Part shown: one piece after another, positions 1 to 9,649 of the stretch
Layout: the number at the start of each line of letters is the position of its first letter
Position numbering within the stretch: the stretch's first letter is position 1
Origin: Nitrospiraceae bacterium
GTDB taxonomy: Bacteria; Nitrospirota; Nitrospiria; Nitrospirales; Nitrospiraceae
Reading direction: 5' to 3'
Length of the DNA: 64,000 bases
Assembly: GCA_041616875.1 (NCBI GenBank)
Contig: JBFJQA010000001.1
Coordinates: 4,646-68,645, forward strand
The notes under the pieces: generated by a model
Database searches by the model: none
What the model was told of the DNA's origin: nothing
What the model saw: the letters and a program-made list of their open reading frames with translations, nothing else
Translations under genes and position numbers: made by a program

Positions 1-451
1 CAGTTCCCGATCGGATTCATAGGTCAGCCGATCGACGGCCTCGGCCGCCGGGACCCAGGCCACTTGGTCAACTTCGGCGTCGGGCTTCCCCGCCTCCTCA
101 ACGACCGACATCAGGAACCACCGGACCATCTTCTTCACGCGGTGTCCTTCGCGCTGAAACCAGTATTCTGACTTCCGGAGCTCTCCCATGATGCGGGTAC
201 GCCACCCCGTCTCTTCTTCCACCTCACGAAGGGCGGCTTGGGGACTCTTTTCCGAGGGGTTCAGTTTCCCTTTAGGAAACGTCCACACGGCTCGGCCTTT
301 CAGGTCACGGGCCTGGATTAACAGAACCTTCCCCTGATGCAGCACCACGCCACCGGCCGAAAATTCAAAAAGAGGCGGAGCGATGGTTAGACGCTCCTCT
401 TCACGACCAGGACCGGGCAGGGAGAGGATTGCGCGACAGCCAGGGAGACAC
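1..451 (-). CDS. NUDIX hydrolase (gene runs off the window start; 5' start uncertain)
   Basis: Minus-strand translation of 1-380 reads ..FSAGGVVLHQGKVLLIQARDLKGRAVWTFPKGKLNPSEKSPQAALREVEEETGWRTRIMGEL.., a full Nudix box (G-x5-E-x7-REVxEEtGW). It is absent from the ORF track because there is no in-frame ATG. The only canonical start after the in-frame TAG is GTG 449-451, which overlaps the 3' end of the USP gene. Confidence 0.7.
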
Positions 452-1289
452 TGCCTAACGCCATAGCCATGGTTCCCGTTAACCCTCGTGAGCCGACGAC
501 TAAGAGATCACAGTGGGCTTTCTTGGCCTCTTTGGTGATGGCCTCCGCCGGATGACCGAGGACAATGCGGGTTTTGGGTGCCAGATCGAACGGGCGGAGC
601 ACGGAGAGTGTTTCGTCGAGAGCCTGCTGCGCTGAGGCTCGCCGAGCCTGGCGCAGTTGTGTTCGAAAGGAAGCTGCCCTCCTTGGTTCGGCGCCGGCAG
701 AAGCCTTCAGGTCTCTGGCGTCGGTTGGCCTCATCGTGGTCAGGACTGTGAGTTTTCCAAGGTCTGGCAATAAGGTAAGGAAGCGCGATGATTCCTTGGC
801 CCCTTCGGATCCGTCTGTTGCCAGAATAACATTCAACCGTCGAGGGAATCTCACTTTTGCGGGGATAAGCATCACCGAGCAGGGCGCATAATGAAGAAGA
901 CGCTGGGAGACGCTGCCAAGGGCTAGCCCCCTGGCAGCCCGAAGTCCACGGGTACCGCTCACGATTAAGTCCGGGGGGTTCCTCTTGATTAGCAGCAAGA
1001 GTTCATAAATCGGAAATCCCTCGAGGATGATCTGCTGAATATCGGGGTAGGCTTTTTCCAGGGAGCGTACTGCTTGTGAAAGCACCTCCTTGGCACCAGC
1101 TTCCTGCCTGTGTCGAAGGTCCGGCCTGTCCTGGAGTTCTTCGGGAATGTCGAGTGGCTCGAGGACGTGCACGAGGCTGAGGCGCGTGCCGGTCGGGTGC
1201 GGAAAGGTTTTCATCCACCGAATGATCGTGTTTGCATAGGCTGAATCATCGAGCGCTAGCATAATGTGCATGGCGGACCCTTTCTCCAA
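387..1289 (-). CDS. universal stress protein, tandem UspA domains
   Basis: 300-aa ORF with two USP repeats. Each ends in the G-x2-G-x9-GSVS nucleotide-loop motif (SGTRGLRAARGLALGSVSQRLL and VGSRGLTGTMAMALGSVSLAV). Confidence 0.85.
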   Translation of the reverse strand: MEKGSAMHIMLALDDSAYANTIIRWMKTFPHPTGTRLSLVHVLEPLDIPEELQDRPDLRHRQEAGAKEVLSQAVRSLEKAYPDIQQIILEGFPIYELLLLIKRNPPDLIVSGTRGLRAARGLALGSVSQRLLHYAPCSVMLIPAKVRFPRRLNVILATDGSEGAKESSRFLTLLPDLGKLTVLTTMRPTDARDLKASAGAEPRRAASFRTQLRQARRASAQQALDETLSVLRPFDLAPKTRIVLGHPAEAITKEAKKAHCDLLVVGSRGLTGTMAMALGSVSLAVAQSSPCPVLVVKRSV

Positions 1290-1343
1290 TCGCAGCGGAG
1301 GGTTGGTGCTAGGTGGAAGTTCTCAACTCGTTCATGACCATGA

Positions 1344-1895
1344 TCATTGTCCTTTTTCCGCTTTATGGGGAGGTGGAAGAACAACCACTGGGCCCCGGTA
1401 GGGCCGATAATAGTACGGGTAGGGATAGGATGGGTACCAATACCGTGGTATCCACTTGCGCCAGGTGGTCAGTTTGTTCACCGTCACGGTCGGATAGGCG
1501 TATGTCGTCTCCCCCAACGGGAGCGAGGTGCCCCCTGTCACTTCCCCCACCACAGTCACCGGTGTCCCCGGCGGAAGAGTCGCGGGATCGAGAAATCCTT
1601 GGTGAAAACCCAGGAATCTTCCTTCGGAGGTCGAGAGGTCGATTCCCGGTTCGTGCGAGTCACTCAGTGGCAGTTGCAAAATCTCGATGCGGGTTCCCTC
1701 CTTCAACAGCGTTGCTGACAGCACGGTGCCCCCAAGCACAACGAGTCGGCCCTGAAACGCAGACGGGTCGTTTTTCAGTTGAACAAACGTTACATTCAGG
1801 TCTACCCGATCCTCCAAATCCTTGGGAATCACCGTCGGCCCTGCACAAGCGAAAAGCAGGAGGGAGGCGCAAGCACACCCAGCCACGTGTTTCAT
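1344..1895 (-). CDS. Slp-family outer-membrane lipoprotein
   Basis: The internal ATG at 1893-1895 gives MKHVAGCACASLLLFAC with a lipobox. The body (FQGRLVVLGGTVL..EILQLPL..SEGRFLG..VTVVGEV) looks like the Slp/YeaY family. The 71 upstream codons of the track ORF have no support. There is a Tyr/Pro-rich C-terminal tail. Confidence 0.7.
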   Translation of the reverse strand: MKHVAGCACASLLLFACAGPTVIPKDLEDRVDLNVTFVQLKNDPSAFQGRLVVLGGTVLSATLLKEGTRIEILQLPLSDSHEPGIDLSTSEGRFLGFHQGFLDPATLPPGTPVTVVGEVTGGTSLPLGETTYAYPTVTVNKLTTWRKWIPRYWYPSYPYPYYYRPYRGPVVVLPPPHKAEKGQ

Positions 1896-2079
1896 CCTGA
1901 GTTCTCGTCGCCTAGACCTCACCTGGTGATAGTGTGATGATGCCATGGCCCGTGATTCCGTCAGGAAATGCACGCCGCACGACTGTTTGCCTTCTCCCTG
2001 CAACCCTAATGGGGTCACGTCCGCATACTCAGTCAGGCGTTTTTGAATCTCAGGTATGCGGTCCCCGGTCTTCCTAAGG

Positions 2080-2775
2080 CTACGGCTCGGCCGTATTGAG
2101 ACTTTCAACTCTTTTTCGCAATGTTTCCACGAGATCCTGGTAAGAAGACGTACGAATAATCTTCTTGAATTGGCTCCGGTAGTTCTTCACCAGACTGATC
2201 CCGTCAACCACCACATCATACACGAACCATCCCCCCGATTTGTTCAGAAGGCGATAATTCATGGGGAAGTCGACCTTGCTGGACACAATCTTGGTTTGCA
2301 CTTCCGCAAATCCATCCTTCCGTCGTTCATTGAGGTACTGAACGTCTTCCCCCGAATAGGCCTCGATTTTACCGGCGTACGAGTCCGACAGGAACGCTTT
2401 GAAGAGTGCCACAAATTCCGTCTGCTCGGCCTCCGTCAGAGTCCTCCAATGTGCCGCGAGTGAGCGTTTTGACATTTCCTTGTAATCAAAACGACTTCCG
2501 ATGACCTGTTCCAGGAGCTTGCGCCGAGCCGCCAACTGCTCGGGTTGTTTCATCCTCTCGTCCGACAGAATTCGGAATACCTCATCAATCGTTGTTTTGA
2601 CCGTCTCCGTGGGAGAAAGGGAGGCGCCCGGGGAGGCTCCCCCGAAAAGGAGAAAGACTGCAGCGGCGAAGGCGAGCACACGCCCGAGACGCGCACCTGT
2701 CCACTCGGCTGACCCGAAATCTCTTCCCCACAGGGAAGCCCTGATTGAGAGCCACGCCATGAGTGGAGGTGTCAC
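2080..2775 (-). CDS. mlaC: MlaC/Ttg2D-family phospholipid-binding periplasmic protein
   Basis: Signal-like N-terminus, then ..RKLLEQVIGSRFDYKEMSKRSLAAHWRTLTEAEQTEFVALFKAFLSDSYAGKIE..WFVYDVVVDGISLVKNYRSQF.., the typical MlaC signature. The start overlaps the upstream protease stop in an ATGA. Confidence 0.8.
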   Translation of the reverse strand: MTPPLMAWLSIRASLWGRDFGSAEWTGARLGRVLAFAAAVFLLFGGASPGASLSPTETVKTTIDEVFRILSDERMKQPEQLAARRKLLEQVIGSRFDYKEMSKRSLAAHWRTLTEAEQTEFVALFKAFLSDSYAGKIEAYSGEDVQYLNERRKDGFAEVQTKIVSSKVDFPMNYRLLNKSGGWFVYDVVVDGISLVKNYRSQFKKIIRTSSYQDLVETLRKRVESLNTAEP

Positions 2776-3923
2776 TCTAACGCCTGTAGGACAACAGTGA
2801 CTTCTCTGGACTTGCCTTTCCGAACCACCTCCAAACGGACCGTTTCTCCGACCTTGTGTCGGTCAAGAAGCCTCAAAAGATCATCCATCACCCGAATCGG
2901 TTCATCATCGACTTTGGTGATGATGTCTCCCAACTGGATGCGACCCCCACGCGTTTCCTTGATTCCTTGTAGCCCCGCTCGGGCGGCCGGCCCGCCGGGA
3001 GCGACCCGCGCGATAATGGCGCCTTGAATCCCCCACCGCGATGCGATGGCATCGGGGATCAGGGACACCCCCATCCCTGGCCGGATGACTTTGCCGTGCT
3101 GGATTAACTGAGGAACAAGGCGGTTCACCGTATCGACCGGAACGGCAAATCCGATCCCCGAAAAGGCCCCGCTTGGACTGACAATCATGGTGTTCATACC
3201 GATCAGTCGTCCAGAGCTATCGAGGAGGGGCCCACCTGAATTTCCGGGGTTGATGGCAGCATCGGTCTGAATGACTCCCTCAATGGTTCGCTCGGTCATA
3301 GACTTGATGGTGCGGCCAAGTGCGCTGACCACGCCCGTGGTGAGGGTGTGGTCCAGCCCGAAAGGATTGCCGATGGCTAGCACCTTCTGCCCCACGCGCA
3401 AGTCATGGGAATCCCCAATCAACATCGGGACCAGTTTTTCTTCGGGGGCCTGAATCTGTAGGACAGCGAGGTCATGGTCCGGAGCCACCCCGACGATTCG
3501 TGCCTCGTAGTTTGACTGGTCGGCGAGGACGACATCGATGGCATCGGCTCCATAGATCACGTGGAAGTTGGTGACGATGTGGCCCGTCTTGTTCCAGACA
3601 AACCCTGATCCAGAGCCCTGAGGCACCTCAAACAGATTCAAAGAGAAGAAATCTCTCCTCAGTGCGGTGTTCGTAATAAACACCACTGACTGTGTGGCGT
3701 TCTCAAAGATGCGGATGGTTTCCCGTTCGTCCGGTCCAAGCTGGGCAGCGGCTGGGGCGATAGGCCTCGGCTTCACCTCCGGTCCCTTGTACGTCGGCCC
3801 GAGCGGTCTGCCCCAGTCGGCGTTGCCGTAGGTGTACAGAACCAATGCCGCGAGACCAAACAGGAGAAGCAGGAGGATGGTACGGGAGGAGCGTTCGGAG
3901 CTCATGTCAACCGATTCATTCAA
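2772..3923 (-). CDS. HtrA/DegP-family serine protease with one PDZ domain
   Basis: N-terminal membrane anchor. Trypsin-fold triad contexts are present (TNFHVI, DLAVLQI, GNSGGPLL). A C-terminal PDZ-like segment follows (GAIIARVAPGGPAARAGLQ..GDIITKVDD). Confidence 0.9.
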   Translation of the reverse strand: MNESVDMSSERSSRTILLLLLFGLAALVLYTYGNADWGRPLGPTYKGPEVKPRPIAPAAAQLGPDERETIRIFENATQSVVFITNTALRRDFFSLNLFEVPQGSGSGFVWNKTGHIVTNFHVIYGADAIDVVLADQSNYEARIVGVAPDHDLAVLQIQAPEEKLVPMLIGDSHDLRVGQKVLAIGNPFGLDHTLTTGVVSALGRTIKSMTERTIEGVIQTDAAINPGNSGGPLLDSSGRLIGMNTMIVSPSGAFSGIGFAVPVDTVNRLVPQLIQHGKVIRPGMGVSLIPDAIASRWGIQGAIIARVAPGGPAARAGLQGIKETRGGRIQLGDIITKVDDEPIRVMDDLLRLLDRHKVGETVRLEVVRKGKSREVTVVLQALE

Positions 3924-3959
3924 GAGCCCTTCTAGTTGAGAAACCAGTTAAGCCTGGGC

Positions 3960-4415
3960 CTAGCGCATTCCCATTCCTTGTCCTTGGTGCATCCCTTTGT
4001 GCATCTGCATGCAGCAAGGGTCTTTCGGTTTCTCCGGTTTTTCTTCCTCCGGTTTCTCTTCCTCCACGGCCAGGACCGATCCGGTGGTCTTGTCCACCAG
4101 GACTTCCATGACCTTCCCTTCGCTCGTCACGATCTCGACCTCCCACACGACGACCGGCTTCTCTTCCAATTCGGCCTCGATCACGGTTCCCGGGACTTGT
4201 TCCGAGGCAGCCTTGATGGCGTCGTGGATCGTAATTTTTGTGGATGCGGCCATCTCGACCTCTTCTTGGAGCTCACCCTTGCCCTGATCGGCGCCATTCC
4301 CACTGCCCCCTTGTCCCCACGTCATGCCCGGGCCAATGAAAAGAACTCCACTCATTATGACTCCTGCGATGATTCCCATGACATGGTATCGTTGATCACT
4401 CCCTAATCGAGTCAT
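3960..4415 (-). CDS. PepSY domain protein, membrane-anchored, Met/His/Cys-rich tail
   Basis: One TM segment, then a PepSY-like core (ITIHDAIKAASEQVPGTVIEAELEEKPVVVWEVEIVTSEGKVMEVLVDKTTGSVL). After it come an EEEKPEEEKPEKPKDP linker and the tail CCMQMHKGMHQGQGMGMR. Confidence 0.7.
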   Translation of the reverse strand: MTRLGSDQRYHVMGIIAGVIMSGVLFIGPGMTWGQGGSGNGADQGKGELQEEVEMAASTKITIHDAIKAASEQVPGTVIEAELEEKPVVVWEVEIVTSEGKVMEVLVDKTTGSVLAVEEEKPEEEKPEKPKDPCCMQMHKGMHQGQGMGMR

Positions 4416-4748
4416 AGCGTTCCTCCTTCTGCATACAGTCCGATTTCCTCAAAATGAATGACGCGCGCTCACTGCCCTGCCTTTTGCGAGGAGTATGCCA
4501 TTCGATGACGCAGGGGATTCTCAGGAATTTGGCTTTGTGAACAAGGGATTCTCTCAGAATGAGAGAAGGGGAGGGATCAAGAGATGTGGAGAAAGGCTAC
4601 AGTGCCTTAGGTAACCCATAGTACGAGATGCCCCACTGAGGGGATAGAACCTGGCCCGAAAGCAGTATTTCTGAAACGTAGCCTGAGTGTGATTCTGACC
4701 TTCACAGGTGGGCCTCAGCTGGGGCAAAGGTCCTGGGGCGCGTGAGAC

Positions 4749-5408
4749 TTATTGTCGATGTACCAGGCGGCCCCATCTGGTATTCAGCGTCGACAGATTC
4801 TTGCGATGCGTCAGGACGACGACTTCATCGTCCGGTTCTAATTGGGTATCGTCTTCGGGAAAAATAAACTTGTTCTGCCGGTAGACGCTGATCACGCGAC
4901 TTTCGGCAGGGAGATCCAGTTCCTTAATTGAGGGTCCCTCCTTTTCAGGCAGGACAAAGGAGAAGACCCGGGCCTCATCTTTGATCATGGCCGAGAGTTC
5001 GAGAAGGCTCTGTCCCTCAAACATGTCCGCGAGATATCGCCCCGTCATTTGCGCGGGAATAATCGTGTCCCTCAACCCCAATTCAATGCAGAGGTGTTCA
5101 AATTGGGGATCCTCTATTTTGACCACCACTCGAGGGTACCCCAAGGATAGACCGACGAGACCGGCGAGGATATTTACATGGTCCTGCCCGCTCAGGCAAA
5201 ACAGCACCTGGGTCCCCTGCGGGTCCGCCTCTTTCAGAATAGCCGGCTTGCTCCCATCCCCATGCAAGAACCCGCAATCCAATTGGTCCGAGAGTTCGGC
5301 AACCCGCTCCTTATTGGATTCAATGATCACGACTTCGTGGCCGCGTTTCAATAGCAGCTCAGCCGTCATAGCCGCCACCGTACCGGCTCCGATCAGTACC
5401 GCCCTCAT
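4749..5408 (-). CDS. trkA: Trk/Ktr K+ uptake regulatory subunit (RCK N + C domains)
   Basis: 219 aa. Rossmann motif LIGAGTVAAMTAELL at the N-terminus and a TrkA-C-like C-terminal half. It overlaps the trkH stop by 4 nt. Confidence 0.85.
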   Translation of the reverse strand: MRAVLIGAGTVAAMTAELLLKRGHEVVIIESNKERVAELSDQLDCGFLHGDGSKPAILKEADPQGTQVLFCLSGQDHVNILAGLVGLSLGYPRVVVKIEDPQFEHLCIELGLRDTIIPAQMTGRYLADMFEGQSLLELSAMIKDEARVFSFVLPEKEGPSIKELDLPAESRVISVYRQNKFIFPEDDTQLEPDDEVVVLTHRKNLSTLNTRWGRLVHRQ

Positions 5409-6877
5409 GCCATCTCCGTTCTCGGTCCCAGCCAGGTCTTGGGGTAGAGTAAGACCAAAAAGGCAATAATCTCCAGCCGCCCAAGTAACATATCTGCACA
5501 GAGGATCAATTTCAACGGAGGGGAAAGGTCTGGTGCGGCAATGCCCGCGGAAAGCCCCACGGTGGCCGTCGCGGAGACGACCTCGAACAGCGCGGGTAGG
5601 GGATCGTGTCCCAGGGCGACAAAGGGGAGCCAGGAGCCAAATATCACAAGTAGGAACAGGGCTCCGAGCATCAAGGCCCTGTCCCGCTCTCCCTCCTCGA
5701 CAAGCCGCCCACCGATTCGTAATTCAGTCATCGCATGCCGAGGCAACGTGGTTCTATAGAGCATGTGTCGGATCAGCCCGAGCATGATCAGGAACCGCCA
5801 GACCTTAATGCCTCCGGAGGTGGAGCCCACACTGCCGCCAACGATCATTGATCCGAGCAGAGCCGCCATGCCCGCTGGCTCCAGCGCGTCGATCGGGAGG
5901 GTCGTAAAGCCCGTTCCAGTTTGTGCGGAGAATCCTATGAACAGGGCATGTCCCAGACGGTCCAACAAGGGTTCGGCAGAGGCCCTCTCCAAGAACAGCC
6001 CGAGCAGGGTTGAGGTCATGAGGGCCCCTACCAAGAGCCCTTTGGCCTCGGTATCCCCAATGAATTTGGCTGGTCCCTCTCGTCCCAGGTAAGAGTACAA
6101 GGGAAGCGCAAGTGCGCCGCAGAACGCCAAGACCATGAGCAGGCCTCGAGGCACCCACCATTCGAGGCCTGCAAGACTCCGATCGAAGATGGAAAATCCA
6201 CCAGTCGACACGGCTGACAGGACGTGAGCCACAGAAGGAAAGAGATCAACACCAAGTGCCCAGACCGACAGGATGCCGATCACCGTCAGAGCGGCATAGG
6301 CTGACAAAATTCTGCGGGCGTGAGTCCTGGTTGTAGCCAGAAGGTTGTCCAAGGGCGTTTCTGACTCGGTCAGTCGTCTGGAGATGATCCCGTGTCCCAG
6401 TAACAGCGCGGCGGATAATACCACGATACCGAGGCCGCCATACCATTGCATCCAGGCTCGGGAAAACAGCAACGTGTGGGGTAGGGATTCGACGGAGTCT
6501 AGCGTTGAGAGGCCGGTGGTCGTGATAGCCGAAACAGATTCAAAGAAAGCGTCTTCAATCTCGAGGCCTCCCTGCATCATCGGATAACTCATCAACAACG
6601 ATCCCAGGGAAAACCCCAAGGCCGTGACCACCAGGCCTTCATTCGATTGGATGCGTTCAGCTTCTGGAAGGCGAACCCCCACAAGCCAGACTCCGAGTAA
6701 GAGCATGAGCGCCACAGCGAAACCCCACGTCACGTCATATTCTTTGAACCATAGAGAGACCGCCAAGGGGGGAAGAGTCAGCCCCGCAAGAATCAAGGAC
6801 AGTTGGCCGAGATACTTGACGACGACTCGCGGGCGGACGGCATAGGTGAGCGCAGCACTGTTTCCCTTCACTCCCAT
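5405..6877 (-). CDS. trkH: TrkH/KtrB-family K+ transporter
   Basis: 490-aa polytopic ORF with repeated selectivity-filter-like segments (TTTGLST, VSTGGFS, QTGTGFT, GSTSGGIKVWRF) typical of TrkH. Confidence 0.9.
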   Translation of the reverse strand: MGVKGNSAALTYAVRPRVVVKYLGQLSLILAGLTLPPLAVSLWFKEYDVTWGFAVALMLLLGVWLVGVRLPEAERIQSNEGLVVTALGFSLGSLLMSYPMMQGGLEIEDAFFESVSAITTTGLSTLDSVESLPHTLLFSRAWMQWYGGLGIVVLSAALLLGHGIISRRLTESETPLDNLLATTRTHARRILSAYAALTVIGILSVWALGVDLFPSVAHVLSAVSTGGFSIFDRSLAGLEWWVPRGLLMVLAFCGALALPLYSYLGREGPAKFIGDTEAKGLLVGALMTSTLLGLFLERASAEPLLDRLGHALFIGFSAQTGTGFTTLPIDALEPAGMAALLGSMIVGGSVGSTSGGIKVWRFLIMLGLIRHMLYRTTLPRHAMTELRIGGRLVEEGERDRALMLGALFLLVIFGSWLPFVALGHDPLPALFEVVSATATVGLSAGIAAPDLSPPLKLILCADMLLGRLEIIAFLVLLYPKTWLGPRTEMA

Positions 6878-7379
6878 CGCGACGTCATCCTCTTGTCCAC
6901 CATGGCCGCATCGTGGAGAAATTCCGCCAGGGGGAAGGCGGCTTGTACAGGTGGTGATGCCCTGTTGTCATAAGCCTATCAAAGTACAAGGAGCACACTG
7001 CCTATGCGATTAATGGACCACGGCGGCCTCGCGTTCGCAGGATCCTCAAACCTCCCCCATTGTTGAGAGTAGAGAGACGCATTCGGCTCAGGTGTTTGTG
7101 CCCACAGGGCAAGTTGTAGCAACTCGCCCTAGAGTCCCCTCATGCGTTGGGGCATTTTTCCGCAGCTGGGAGGCGACTTCTCGCTCGGAAAAAGTCGAAC
7201 TGCATGTTTCTGTTACGGATTCTTTAGATTCCTCGACCCTCACCCCACGTGGCATTCTCATCACAAACTCGATCTATTCGGAACACTTGAACGTACTGTT
7301 CAGGAGCCTCACCCGGTGAATCTTTTTCTGTTCACGAGTATCCGAGGGGCGTGAAGAGGGAAAGCAGGGAGGATACGTC

Positions 7380-7507
7380 ATGAAACTCAGTGCCATCGTT
7401 ACTGGAGCATCCTCGCGATCGCGGTTGCCATCAACATGATCCAGTCGAGCTTCACCGGCTGGTGCCCAATGGTGACCCTCCTCGGGAGGCTCGGGGTCCA
7501 AGAGTGA
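7380..7507 (+). pseudogene. possible frameshifted DUF2892 (YgaP-like GWCP) small membrane protein
   Basis: ATG 7380 has a good RBS (GGGAGG, 8-nt spacer) and opens a 19-codon frame. A different frame ending at TGA 7505-7507 reads ..WSILAIAVAINMIQSSFTGWCPMVTLLGRLGVQE, the C-terminal GWCP signature of DUF2892, but that frame has no start. Confidence 0.3.
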
Positions 7508-7618
7508 TGATCATTGCGGCCCTCAAAAGTTCGGACGAGAGGGGCTCATTGGCTGTCCCAAGCAGGGGATCAGGAAGGTGCGTATGAGACGTCTCCATCC
7601 GTAAACCTAAGGAGCATC

Positions 7619-7935
7619 ATGGTGTACGCGAAGGGCGGAACCACAGTCAAATCAGACTTGCTGCAAGCGGAGGGTCAGGTGGCGAGACATCGCGAAGAGG
7701 TTTTCCGGGCCGAACAAGCGGTGCAGGCGGGCAAGATCGCGGTGCGCCATGCTATCGGCGTCGATGATCCTGTGGATGCTTCAGAAAATCTGAGGGCGAA
7801 AAGGGGCTGAGATTGGTGTGCTTGAGAAGGCAGTGGCCGAGGCCCTGGAGGGCAGACCAGACTACCGCGCACTCGGGGCTGAGCTTCGCCCACCCGAGGC
7901 GTTTTTCGGTAGAGCCTTCGATCGGGACCCACTAT
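7619..7935 (+). pseudogene. remnant of a TolC-family outer-membrane efflux protein
   Basis: Two consecutive frames read ..VKSDLLQAEGQVARHREEVFRAEQAVQAGKIAVRHAIGVDDPVD.. and ..LEKAVAEALEGRPDYRALGAELR... These match the repeat-junction region of TolC/OprM proteins in the correct order. They are separated by a frameshift near 7790-7820 and truncated at both ends. Confidence 0.4.
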
Positions 7936-7961
7936 GAAGGCCGTCATTGAACTCGGGTGAG

Positions 7962-8198
7962 TTAGACGGGCGGCATCTGACTCAGAATTTCCCGCTCTGC
8001 CTCGAGCCAATCGTCCAAGGCAGAGCCATGGTGGTAACCTCGAACGATGTAGAGTTCGTAAGCCCGTTTGGCGATGTGGCCCTGCAGGTCATCGGCAGGG
8101 GATGATGGGGGCGTGTCGGGCTGGGTCACACCGTTCGTGGTCGTGACACGTCCCCGCGTGTGACTTTGGTCGCGCCTTGCTCGTGGGGAGGGTGTCAC
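7962..8198 (-). CDS. DUF2934-type small protein
   Basis: The C-terminal IAKRAYELYIVRGYHHGSALDDWLEAEREI matches the (R)AYxxWxxRGxxxGxxxxDWxxAE signature. A second copy lies at 44625..44819. Confidence 0.6.
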   Translation of the reverse strand: MTPSPRARRDQSHTRGRVTTTNGVTQPDTPPSSPADDLQGHIAKRAYELYIVRGYHHGSALDDWLEAEREILSQMPPV

Positions 8199-8215
8199 AA
8201 TCGCGGCCTCTCGAG

Positions 8216-9217
8216 TCAGGCGGTTTTCATCGCCCTGCGGGCTTCATCGTGCCCAAGCGGAGCGAAAGGACTGTCGAGACAGCTGAGGGGGAAGGCCGGT
8301 TCTCGGTCAATACGCCGGAGGGTCTCAGCGATGCGTTCGGGCTTTCCCCAATCACTCCAGAGCACGCCGGTGAGCTCGATGACGGCGACTCGCTCAGGGA
8401 CACGTTCCAGGAGGTCCGATGAAAAATTCTTTCTTGGCATGTCCGCATAAATGCTCTTGAGCACTCTGCCCTCTTCGGATGTGCCGATCACCTGCTCCAG
8501 GCGCTCGAAGAGGGGCATTATTTGTGGAAAACACCTCCACCCCAATTCCCACAGTGCTTGCACTTTAGTCGCGACGACCAGTGTGTTCCAGAGAGCTCCG
8601 GCTTCCAGGGCGGCGTCCGCCTGAGCGGCGGTGGGTTTCTCCAGAAAGGTACGAACGGTCTGTACGGACCGTCCGTCGTTCCTCGCCAGGTGTTCACCTG
8701 GCTGAATCCATCCATATTCCAACTCGAGACGGTCCGGTGCGACGCCCAGGAGAATCAGTCGATTCTGTAACCATTCAGCTGTCCAGATGGCTCGCCGCAC
8801 CACTTCAAGAAAACCGCCTTCGGGATAAACGAAATGATCCGAAGGATAGATGATCACGGTCGCCCCCGGGTCTCTCGCGCGGATGTAGGTCAAGGGAAGA
8901 AAGACCCCTGCCGCCGTATTGCGGTTGGCAGGCTGAAGCAACACCATCCCGATGTCCCGCCCGTCCAACTGTTTCATCGCTTCAACCTGATGGTCCCGCG
9001 CGATGACCGTGACCGTATGCTCTGGTGCGGTGAGTCGCATCGCCCGGTCCAGCGTATGCTGGAACATGGAGCGGGTTCCCACGAATGTGCAATATTGCTT
9101 CGGCTTATGACGGCCCAACCAGCGCTGGACGAGAGGGCGTACACGCTCGCCTTCTCCTCCGGCTAAAATGATTGACCATAGTCTGTCATCGCTTCCATGC
9201 TGAATCGTCATGGTCAC
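8216..9217 (-). CDS. sugar-phosphate nucleotidyltransferase (mannose-1-phosphate guanylyltransferase-like)
   Basis: N-terminal ILAGGEGERVRPL (GGxGxRxxPL) pyrophosphorylase motif. 333 aa. Confidence 0.8.
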   Translation of the reverse strand: MTMTIQHGSDDRLWSIILAGGEGERVRPLVQRWLGRHKPKQYCTFVGTRSMFQHTLDRAMRLTAPEHTVTVIARDHQVEAMKQLDGRDIGMVLLQPANRNTAAGVFLPLTYIRARDPGATVIIYPSDHFVYPEGGFLEVVRRAIWTAEWLQNRLILLGVAPDRLELEYGWIQPGEHLARNDGRSVQTVRTFLEKPTAAQADAALEAGALWNTLVVATKVQALWELGWRCFPQIMPLFERLEQVIGTSEEGRVLKSIYADMPRKNFSSDLLERVPERVAVIELTGVLWSDWGKPERIAETLRRIDREPAFPLSCLDSPFAPLGHDEARRAMKTA

Positions 9218-9309
9218 CTCCCCTGCCTCCGAGGCATGCGATCAGAATCAGACAGCACGGTCATCGAAAATGGAGGACTTCTGCTGTAGGTCGTGAGACC
9301 CACTCAGCA

Positions 9310-9606
9310 TCATGACCTCGTTCGCAAGAAAGCTGGAAGGCGCGGGGGTGCCTTCCGCGGTTTGGAAGATGTACTGTCAATCTGGCGATTGACCAAGATC
9401 TGTCGTTCGAGGAGTTCGCCGCAATTAATGCATCGACTCATGAGAAGAGTCTCGCCGCCTTCTTCCTCGAGCGCATTGGAATAACTCTGGACCAGCAAGC
9501 CGCCGCAACGCGGACAGGTGTCCTGGTAGCCCGTAAGCAGGATCTTCTTCACTGCGAAGCTATCCATCACCATGCCTGTGTCCTTATTTGCACTCATCCT
9601 TCGCAC
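9310..9606 (-). CDS. small zinc-ribbon protein (paralogue of 17715..17918)
   Basis: CPRCGGLLVQ..x21..RCINCGELL, i.e. two CxxC knuckles. It aligns over about 60 residues with the ORF at 17715. The start is uncertain (Met codons at residues 1, 4, 12 and 14). Confidence 0.6.
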   Translation of the reverse strand: MRRMSANKDTGMVMDSFAVKKILLTGYQDTCPRCGGLLVQSYSNALEEEGGETLLMSRCINCGELLERQILVNRQIDSTSSKPRKAPPRLPAFLRTRS

Positions 9607-9649
9607 TCATCGCGTGCCAGTGGCCTTCCCGGCCATGACCAACCTATTC

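Noticed and set aside
6878-7140. Looked for a c-di-AMP (ydaO-type) or other riboswitch in the 5' region of the trkH-trkA operon.
   Set aside because: I could not identify the conserved ydaO/kimA core elements by eye. This needs a covariance-model scan (Rfam cmscan). No claim is made.
8764-8776. TGTAACCATT identical to the left arm of the LexA-like palindrome.
   Set aside because: It is a single half-site without the inverted partner, inside the nucleotidyltransferase CDS.
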